This document shows positions 29,535 to 36,434 of a DNA stretch of 36,434 nucleotides, in pieces. Below the pieces are notes generated by a model. The model was not told where the DNA came from and ran no database searches. It saw only the letters and a program-made list of their open reading frames with translations. The DNA comes from Verrucomicrobiota bacterium. GTDB taxonomy: Bacteria; Verrucomicrobiota; Verrucomicrobiia; Limisphaerales; SXQI01. How positions within the stretch are numbered: position 1 is the stretch's first letter; each line of letters starts with the position of its first letter. Made by a program: the position numbers and the translations under genes. Location: the NCBI GenBank assembly GCA_033762115.1, contig JANRLX010000055.1, forward strand, positions 1 through 36,434, read 5' to 3'.

Positions 29535-30619
29535 CAGTAAACTCCCTCCACAATGTTTTTCTCCATCGCTCCAAAGGGACGCACTTCTGCAACACCATCC
29601 CACGGATACATCGGGTGTGGCGGGCGGCGCAGCGCCTCATCTCGTTCGAGAAACCGGGGCATGAAAAATTCCTTCGTCAAGGTCGTCAGTTCCACTCGAC
29701 CCCATTCACCGTAATTTTTGACCTTCTCAGTATTATTGGGGTCAACGACTCGCAGGACCGCGCGTGGTTGAGGGGCATGATATTCGATCGAAAAATTGTC
29801 CTCAGGTTTCAACGGCACACTTGCCGCCAGCCCCATCAAGGTATTTCCGTAAGTCGGCACGAAACCGATCTTGTTTTCCAGTACCTCCTCAATAATAAAT
29901 CGCACATATTGCGGTGCCATCGTGGTCCCTCCGCAAAAAACCCCTTTGATTCCAGCCTCCACCAGGTTGATTTTTTCCCCCATCGCTTCCAGGAGTTTCG
30001 GAGTCGTAAACAACGCGCTTACACTCCGATTTTTTAAAATCGTCACGGCCTGGTCCACTACATGATCCATATAGGCGCGGGCCTGCTCAAATTGCTTGTT
30101 GCTGATGACTTTTTTTACCCAACGCGGGTCAAGGTCGACAAAATAGCAGGAACATCCGCGCACATTTGCAAGGTGCTCGATGGCTAATCTCAATCGTCGC
30201 GGGCCTGTCGGGCCGACCATCAGCCAATAATGGTTTCTTGGGAAATGTTCGTTCGAAAGGGTGTTTGAAAATTCGCTGTAATCAGTTTTGTAATCTTCCC
30301 AACCGATTCGTTGCTTGGGCATCCCGGTCGTGCCCCCTGTCTCGAAGATGTTGAACGGCCTTCCTTTGTACTGCTTTGGCACCCAAACCTCATTGGGAAG
30401 GTCCCGCAGCCATTCATCCTGAAAATGCGGAAATTTTAAGATGTCCTGAAAATTCTGAATTTCCTTTACCGGGTCCCATCCTGCCTTGCTGGCCCAATCC
30501 AGCCAGAAAGGGGATCCTGTTTCAGGGGAGAAATGCCATTTCACCATTTCCCGCACATGGGCATCCAGGGTTTCCTGTGACTTTTTTACAGCAGCCTGTA
30601 AGGAGGGGTCATTACTCAT
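29534..30619 (-). CDS. Truncated ANL-superfamily adenylation protein (EhpF/GriC-like, LuxE/PaaK-related)
   Basis: WHFSPETGSPFWL, P-loop ETGGTTGMPK, GPTGP, DLDPRWVKK, YGNTLMG, ERDEA and a C-terminal EGVY. At 361 aa it lacks the C-terminal ANL subdomain. Confidence 0.78.
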   Translation of the reverse strand: MSNDPSLQAAVKKSQETLDAHVREMVKWHFSPETGSPFWLDWASKAGWDPVKEIQNFQDILKFPHFQDEWLRDLPNEVWVPKQYKGRPFNIFETGGTTGMPKQRIGWEDYKTDYSEFSNTLSNEHFPRNHYWLMVGPTGPRRLRLAIEHLANVRGCSCYFVDLDPRWVKKVISNKQFEQARAYMDHVVDQAVTILKNRSVSALFTTPKLLEAMGEKINLVEAGIKGVFCGGTTMAPQYVRFIIEEVLENKIGFVPTYGNTLMGLAASVPLKPEDNFSIEYHAPQPRAVLRVVDPNNTEKVKNYGEWGRVELTTLTKEFFMPRFLERDEALRRPPHPMYPWDGVAEVRPFGAMEKNIVEGVY

Positions 30620-30639
30620 GTAAATATTCAGGGTCGTAA

Positions 30640-32235
30640 TTATTTTTTTAAGTCAACTGCCGGTGCACTGTCCTTGTTCTGTTTGGCCAATGCTTCATCA
30701 TGCAAGGCATAAAGATGAGTGTTGCTGGCGATGTAAATGACACCATGGGCCACAATCGGGGTAGAATAAACAGGCGCTCCCATGTTCGTTTCGCTGATGA
30801 CTTTCTTTTCTTTTGAGGCTGCCAGAACGACCAGATCACCATCTTCATCCCCCACATAGACTTTACCATCTGCCGCCAGGGTAGATCCCCACATGTGCGC
30901 TTTCATGTCATGGGTCCAGTAAGCTTTGCCGGTCTCTGCATCCAGGCAATGCACAAAACCGGAGAAATCCCCCACAACGAGCAATCCATCCGGGGTGATT
31001 GATACTGTTGAAATACTGCGGTGAATTTTGTTGTAACTCCAAATCTGGGCGGTTTTGGTCACATCTCCCGTTTTTGTTGGGTCGATACAGACGAGATTGC
31101 CTACCCCTTCACCATGTTCAGGATCCTGACCGGTGGCAACATAAACTCTGTTTTTCCAAAAAACCGGCGTGGCGTTAATTTCGCTGGGTCCTTCCGCCGC
31201 CGGATAACGGATCGGCTTCCCATCCTTCACTTTGTACTCCGGTGGATTCGCATCGAACCACCAAACCTTCTTCAAATAATTAACCTCATCACCGGGAACT
31301 GGCTTTGCGTCAAAGGCATAACAGAATCCATCACCGCCACCGAAAAATACCAGTTGCTTCCCATTCACCACTCCAGTTGAAGGAGAACTCCATTGGCCAT
31401 GATAAATGCGGGGGCCGATATTCGCATCATCCTCTCCCGCCAGTTCCCCTGTCTTTTTATTTAATGCGATGAAGCTGGGGGACAGCGGCGACGGGATGTT
31501 TGAATGCGTCCAGTCCTGTCCATTGCTCGTGCAGGCGTAAAGCAGGTCACCCACAATCAAAATGGAACAATTGGAAGCATTATGTGGAAAAACCCCCAAT
31601 TCATCCATCATGTCGTACTTCCAGATGATATCGGCATCGTGCGGGCCCGGTTCAATTTTTGGCCGGCCCGGTCCCACATAATACTGGGCTTCATCCTTGA
31701 ACGGCCCATCGTTGCCGTTGGCCAGTCCGTTCACATCGAGGCACATCACTTCGCACCGGCTGGTCACGATGTATACCCGATCTCCCTCAACTGTCGGGGA
31801 GGAGAGCAATCCGAGGTTTTCCCAGTCATTGACTTTTCCTGAAGCCAGTTTCGGAATGATCAATTGCCAAAGAAATTCTCCGCTTTTTTCGTCGAACACC
31901 ATCATGATGCTGCGGTCTCCCTGATGCTTCTGGTCACGAGGGGTGTCGTTGTTCGTTCCCACGAAGACCTTGCCGTTGGAGACGCTGACATTCCCGTAGC
32001 TCTGAGATCCGAGCTTCGCCACCCATTTCACATTTTTCGTGGTTGTGGTGTCCACCTCCTCAGTTCCCTTCTTGAACTTTCCCGGCTCAAATTTATCGGG
32101 CAGGTTTTTCGCAGGCGAATACATGTTGCGTCCCGGATCGTTGCCGCCCCACTGCGGCCAATCCTCGCCGATTAACGTTGTGGTCCCCGCCACCAGGGCG
32201 AGGGCTGATGCAAAAAACTTTCCTGAGTTCTTCAT
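30640..32235 (-). CDS. Exported PQQ-binding-like (BamB-like) beta-propeller protein
   Basis: Signal peptide, DWPQWGG, and repeated SSPxV / LDAETGK-x2-W propeller motifs. Confidence 0.85.
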   Translation of the reverse strand: MKNSGKFFASALALVAGTTTLIGEDWPQWGGNDPGRNMYSPAKNLPDKFEPGKFKKGTEEVDTTTTKNVKWVAKLGSQSYGNVSVSNGKVFVGTNNDTPRDQKHQGDRSIMMVFDEKSGEFLWQLIIPKLASGKVNDWENLGLLSSPTVEGDRVYIVTSRCEVMCLDVNGLANGNDGPFKDEAQYYVGPGRPKIEPGPHDADIIWKYDMMDELGVFPHNASNCSILIVGDLLYACTSNGQDWTHSNIPSPLSPSFIALNKKTGELAGEDDANIGPRIYHGQWSSPSTGVVNGKQLVFFGGGDGFCYAFDAKPVPGDEVNYLKKVWWFDANPPEYKVKDGKPIRYPAAEGPSEINATPVFWKNRVYVATGQDPEHGEGVGNLVCIDPTKTGDVTKTAQIWSYNKIHRSISTVSITPDGLLVVGDFSGFVHCLDAETGKAYWTHDMKAHMWGSTLAADGKVYVGDEDGDLVVLAASKEKKVISETNMGAPVYSTPIVAHGVIYIASNTHLYALHDEALAKQNKDSAPAVDLKK

Positions 32236-32293
32236 AAATTTTCAACCTTCCACAGTGGAAACCGATGTGGCGCTATTCTCCAGTCGCAATTCC

Positions 32294-34624
32294 TTATTCG
32301 TTGGCTGTCACCTGCACGTTATCGATGTAAACCCGCATATCCTGCGGGGCAAATCCATACAACCCTGGAGAGCCGCTTTGATGCGCCGTTTGGTGCGGTA
32401 CTTCGATCGTCCAACTCTCCGGTTCCGTCTCTCCGCGTTTCCATGCCTTGGCTCGAACCACTCCCGTCCCGTCAGATTTGGTATCCACTCGAGCTTTTAA
32501 TGTGTACCAGGAGTTTGGTGACCATTTGAAATTGCTCGGCTCATCCACAGCTGGGACGCGCAAGCGTTCGAGGTTTGAATTCACTTCAATTTTTTGCTCA
32601 TTTCCTTTCAGCACGATAAGGTAACGCTGATTGATCAATCCCACCTCAGACATTTTCCGCCGGTTTCCTTCGCTCATGACATCAGCCTGGATTGTGTAAT
32701 TTTTCATTTCCGGTTCCCCCAGGAACACAAAGCCACGCTGGAAAAATTTATTGTCGATGGTTTTTGTGAGCGCTTTTGTCCCTTCCTTTTCCCGCACCTC
32801 GAATTTAAACCGTGCGCCGATCCAGGGCAGGGGAGGGTATGCAAATGGGGTAGGTTGCTCGACGCTGTTGGTGGTCGTCTCCGTCAGCATGAATGATTCA
32901 AAATCCTGTTTGATTGGCAATCCCGGTAACACACGCCCGCGGATGTAACCATGCAACTCACCCAGCGTTGCCCGGAACGCGCCCGCGCTTGCGGTTAAAT
33001 CATTGGCCGCCACCAACTGCCCTTTTTGATCAAAGCTTCCCTTCATTGCGGCCCGCACTCGCGCCGTGGGTGGAACATACGATTCCCATTTGACCTGCGA
33101 CACATCCTTCAACTCTTCCACAACAAACCCGTTTGCGTCCAACTTGCGGATTTTGAACGAAGCGGTTTCCCCGGGATTCAAAAGGACTTCTGACGGAATA
33201 ATTTGTAATTGAGTGGCGGCTCCCGCCTTTGGCCACTCCTCAGCCACTGGCTTTGGTAACCCAGGATTGTGTCCTGCCTTTCCAAACGCATACAAATAAC
33301 GGGTGGTTTGGACATAAATCTTCCCATTAAAGGCCACAGGGCTGCCAAAACAACGTCCATTCAATACCACATGGGTCAATTGCTCTGCCTTCTCATCGGT
33401 CGGCTTAATAATGTAAAACGCTCCTTTGGTTCCCGATTCTCCTGAACCGTCCCCTTTGGAACCGGGGTCGTCCAGCATCGGGACGTAAAGCTTTCCATCC
33501 GCAAATAATGGCGACGCATTTCGTTGCTCAATTCCGATTTGATGTCTCCAGTAAATTTTTCCCGTGTTGGCATCCACCCAGCAAAGGCTCCCTTTTTCAT
33601 TGACCACCGCAACCCTGTCACCCACCAGGATGGGAGAACTTGTGGAAGTGGAAAGATCATTAGCCCATAACTCAACCTGGCCACGTTCAATGATCACTGG
33701 CCCATCCAGAACGTTGGTTGGCTCCACATCCGGAATCTTCAGCGCCACCATCTGGCCTGGTTCATAAGGCGTGCCATAAATCGCGATCACCTTGTCATTA
33801 TTATGCACCAGGGCTGTTGCATTGATCCCTGCCTTGGCAATCGGAATTCGCCAGAGCGGATCGCCTGTCCTGGCGTTGATACAGATGATGGAACCATCCC
33901 CGGTCGCGGAGATTAAAATCCGCTTCCCCTTCGACCAGCCCAGGTAGGGATGAGAAAAAGAGTTGTCCTTCGGACGGTCGCCAGGACTTGAAGACCAGAC
34001 CAGTTCACCGGTTATTTTATCAAATGCGTAAAAACGATCACCGGCCGGGCCGTTCCCACCCCAGTTGGCGGTGATGCCCCGGGTAATCAGCAGGTCCTTG
34101 TCAATCAGTGGCGATGCTGTGCGGCTGTTCGGGAATGTCAGACGCCCATATGATTCCATCATGGAATGCTTCCAGAGCGGTTTTCCATCAGCGGAAAATG
34201 CTGCCAGGATTCCCTGCGTTCCCAGCATGTAAACATTGCCGGTTTCCGGATCGATGGCTGGACTCGAGGTGGCATAGCGCAGATAAATCGTGTCGCTGAG
34301 GAAATCATTGTAACGTTGTTCCCAAAGTTTTTTTCCAGTCTCGGCATCGAAACAGGCAACTCCCTCCTGCAAATCCGCCCCTTCTCCCAGGTACCCCATG
34401 ATGTAAAGCTTTCCATTGGCAATGACCGGGGTGCTTTGGCCGGGATATTCTGTTCGCCAGAGCGGGTTGGCCGGATCAATGTTATTTGGCAAACCGGTCT
34501 CTGCGGAAGTGCCGTTTTGGGCTGGTCCCCGCCAGTTTAACCAGCCGGACACTGCGCCATGGGTGGTCGCGGAAAATAAACAGGCGGCCAGCACCAACGA
34601 TGAATTGATCAAAGCAACTTTCAT
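32294..34624 (-). CDS. Exported PQQ-binding-like beta-propeller protein with C-terminal beta-sandwich/lectin-like domain
   Basis: Signal peptide, WLNWRGP, repeated DAETGKKLW-like motifs. C-terminal WYTLKARV...RAKAWKRGETEPESW...GSPGLYG. Confidence 0.82.
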   Translation of the reverse strand: MKVALINSSLVLAACLFSATTHGAVSGWLNWRGPAQNGTSAETGLPNNIDPANPLWRTEYPGQSTPVIANGKLYIMGYLGEGADLQEGVACFDAETGKKLWEQRYNDFLSDTIYLRYATSSPAIDPETGNVYMLGTQGILAAFSADGKPLWKHSMMESYGRLTFPNSRTASPLIDKDLLITRGITANWGGNGPAGDRFYAFDKITGELVWSSSPGDRPKDNSFSHPYLGWSKGKRILISATGDGSIICINARTGDPLWRIPIAKAGINATALVHNNDKVIAIYGTPYEPGQMVALKIPDVEPTNVLDGPVIIERGQVELWANDLSTSTSSPILVGDRVAVVNEKGSLCWVDANTGKIYWRHQIGIEQRNASPLFADGKLYVPMLDDPGSKGDGSGESGTKGAFYIIKPTDEKAEQLTHVVLNGRCFGSPVAFNGKIYVQTTRYLYAFGKAGHNPGLPKPVAEEWPKAGAATQLQIIPSEVLLNPGETASFKIRKLDANGFVVEELKDVSQVKWESYVPPTARVRAAMKGSFDQKGQLVAANDLTASAGAFRATLGELHGYIRGRVLPGLPIKQDFESFMLTETTTNSVEQPTPFAYPPLPWIGARFKFEVREKEGTKALTKTIDNKFFQRGFVFLGEPEMKNYTIQADVMSEGNRRKMSEVGLINQRYLIVLKGNEQKIEVNSNLERLRVPAVDEPSNFKWSPNSWYTLKARVDTKSDGTGVVRAKAWKRGETEPESWTIEVPHQTAHQSGSPGLYGFAPQDMRVYIDNVQVTANE

Positions 34625-34715
34625 ATGTGAACTCGCTGTCGCAGAAGAGAGCTGCTGCCGCCCTCCTTTAATTGTCTTCCCAGAATAAGGCCAGTATTCT
34701 ACATCGAATTGCGGA

Positions 34716-34746
34716 TTGCAAATAAATAGTACTTACACGTATTAAT
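34716..34746. promoter_or_regulatory. AT-rich imperfect inverted repeat, candidate MarR operator/promoter
   Basis: TTGCAA followed by AATAGTACTTACACGTATT (AATA...TATT arms, imperfect core) in the 134-nt divergent gap. Confidence 0.3.
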
Positions 34747-34758
34747 TCCTTTTGACTC

Positions 34759-35259
34759 ATGCCAGATCAATCGCATTCATCCCTTTCGCTCCCTATCGAT
34801 TCACCTGAGCGCAGGCGCCTCCCCCTTCTCCTCCGCCGGTCCTGGTACGGTTTGAACCAGGCATTTCGCCGCCGCATCGCTCATCTGAAGCTTACCCCGG
34901 ACCAGTTCACCGCCCTGCGAACGCTCATTGAAGGTGATCCCAAAGGGATGACCCAACGGGAATTGACCGAAATGATGAGTTCGGACCCCAACACTGTGGC
35001 CTCTCTCGTGGAGCGAATGGAAACCAATGGCCTGATTGAACGTAAACCTCATGAATCGGATCGCCGGGCACACCGCATCCGGCTGCTCCCACCCGCTCGA
35101 AAAACCTACAAATCCGCCCGGGAAATCGCTGTGGCATTACAAACGGAGGTTCTCGAGTCGCTGCCGGAAACGCAGCGGGACCAGTTTTTGGCCGATCTGG
35201 TCACCGTCGCGGATGCATGCCGGGCTGTAGCCGAAGCTTCCCCAAAGAAACCGGAGTAG
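34759..35259 (+). CDS. MarR family transcriptional regulator
   Basis: LTPDQFTAL, MTQRELTE, LVERMETNGLIER and DRRAHRIRL winged-helix motifs. Divergent from the propeller operon. Confidence 0.93.
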   Translation: MPDQSHSSLSLPIDSPERRRLPLLLRRSWYGLNQAFRRRIAHLKLTPDQFTALRTLIEGDPKGMTQRELTEMMSSDPNTVASLVERMETNGLIERKPHESDRRAHRIRLLPPARKTYKSAREIAVALQTEVLESLPETQRDQFLADLVTVADACRAVAEASPKKPE

Positions 35260-35370
35260 CCAGTCTCTCAGCCATCAAGTAAGACCTTCCATCTGTTTCG
35301 ACAAGAAACGTTTGTCGCTTCAGCCTCCCCTTGTTAAGGTGCGCGGTTCAAACAAAACGAGTTTTGTACT

Positions 35371-36434
35371 GTGTCCAGCAATTCATTATCTGAAATTCGG
35401 AATATTCGCCTGAACAAGGCGCAATCGCTTCGTGCCCTGGGGCTTCAACCTTACCCCGCCAAAAGTGGCCGCACTCATTATGCCAAAACAGTCCTGGACC
35501 AGTTCACTGAGCTGGAAGGGAGAGAAGTTACAGTGGCCGGTCGCTTGATGTCTTTTCGAAAGCAGGGAGCGCTCGTTTTCTCACATGTTCAGGATCTCTC
35601 CGGCCGCATTCAATTCTTCCTTCGCAAAAATAATGTGCGTCCCACCTCAGCTGAGGAAGGAACGCTTGGTTTTGCAGAAATGAACCTGGTCGATCTCGGC
35701 GACCTCGTGGAAGGCACCGGCAAGGTCATGCGGACAGAGCGTGGTGAAATTTCGATCCTGGTCGAAAAATTTCGAATTCTTACCAAGGCGCTTCGCCCAT
35801 TGCCTGACCAATGGTCCGGCCTGAAGGATCGGGAGATCATTCTTCGCAAACGGTATCTCGACGTGATTCTGGATACTCAAAGCCAGGAACGCTTCGCTGC
35901 CATTACCCGGATGATCTGGGCCATTCGCCAGTTCCTGAACAGCCGTGGGTTTATGGAATTTCACACTCCTGTGATCCAGCCTCAGTACGGCGGGGGCACT
36001 GCCAAACCGTTCAAAACACATGTCAACGCCCTTGGCTGTGACATGTACCTTGCCATTTCCCACGAGCTTTACCTTAAGCGGTTGATTGCTGCCGGTTACG
36101 ACAAGGTATTTACCATCGGGCGTTACTTCCGGAACGAAGGGATTGATCGAAGTCATCATCCGGAGTTCTCAATGGTCGAAACCATGACGGCCTATGAGAA
36201 TTACGAATACAACATGAACCTGGTGGAGGAAATGTTCAGGCATGTGGCAGTCAACGCCTTCGGACGCACGGAATTCAAGGTTCGAGGACACACAATTGAT
36301 TTCAACAAACCGTGGCGGCGACTGGCCATGGCTGATGCCGTCCTTGAAAAAACCGGGATCGACTTCCGTGCGATCCAGTCCGTGGAGGAAGCGAACGCCA
36401 AAGCGATGGTCTTGGGTGTCGCTGAGCCCCAGGC
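35371..36434 (+). CDS. lysS: Lysine--tRNA ligase class II (divergent), 3' truncated, absent from the ORF track
   Basis: Hand translation from GTG at 35371: ...LGLQPYP...VTVAGRLMSFRKQG...QDLSGRIQ...TERGEISI...RKRYLD...GFMEFHTP...AKPFKTH...ELYLKRL...FRNEGIDRSHHPEF. Frame runs off the window end. Confidence 0.92.
   Translation, partial: MSSNSLSEIRNIRLNKAQSLRALGLQPYPAKSGRTHYAKTVLDQFTELEGREVTVAGRLMSFRKQGALVFSHVQDLSGRIQFFLRKNNVRPTSAEEGTLGFAEMNLVDLGDLVEGTGKVMRTERGEISILVEKFRILTKALRPLPDQWSGLKDREIILRKRYLDVILDTQSQERFAAITRMIWAIRQFLNSRGFMEFHTPVIQPQYGGGTAKPFKTHVNALGCDMYLAISHELYLKRLIAAGYDKVFTIGRYFRNEGIDRSHHPEFSMVETMTAYENYEYNMNLVEEMFRHVAVNAFGRTEFKVRGHTIDFNKPWRRLAMADAVLEKTGIDFRAIQSVEEANAKAMVLGVAEPQ

Noticed and set aside
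28098..30619. Bioluminescence (luxCE) or phenazine biosynthesis cluster
   Set aside because: No luxAB/luxD or phz core genes in the window. Only the reductase module is present.
35647..36159. 170-aa minus-strand ORF and neighbouring short ORFs
   Set aside because: Antisense to the lysS frame, which the ORF track missed because it has no stop in the window.
35371..36434. EpmA/PoxA (EF-P lysyl ligase)
   Set aside because: It has the N-terminal anticodon-binding OB domain, which EpmA lacks.

Overview
A gene-dense bacterial chromosomal window. The gene families (PVC-type heme-binding dehydrogenase, PEP-CTERM protein, Ala(-1) prepilins, signal-bearing PQQ-like propellers) suggest Verrucomicrobia/PVC, which is an inference. 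Left to right: (1) a ThuA-like protein, a beta-propeller/HEAT dehydrogenase and a separate c-type cytochrome; (2) a minus-strand run of PilV/PilW/PilX-like minor pilins, a small exported protein and a class I/II aminotransferase, behind a candidate sigma-54 promoter; (3) a divergent PEP-CTERM protein with Cys/Gln thioester-domain motifs and a strong terminator; (4) a tightly coupled 12-gene cluster (2 NDP-sugar epimerases, 2 oxidoreductases, 4 GT-B glycosyltransferases, SAM methyltransferase, apparently circularly permuted GH-A hydrolase, inositol-3-phosphate synthase, histidine phosphatase); (5) ychF, an alpha/beta hydrolase and a GH-A/GT2 membrane fusion; (6) a MarR-divergent operon of two exported beta-propellers, an EhpF/GriC-like truncated adenylation enzyme, a GriD/LuxC-like reductase and an Fe-alcohol dehydrogenase; (7) a truncated class II lysyl-tRNA synthetase, missing from the ORF track, with unusual active-site substitutions. 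No RNA genes, CRISPR arrays or mobile elements were seen. The best candidates for undescribed systems are the carboxylate-reductase operon, the inositol-glycoside cluster and the thioester PEP-CTERM/pilin locus. All family calls come from motif recognition by eye; no searches were run.
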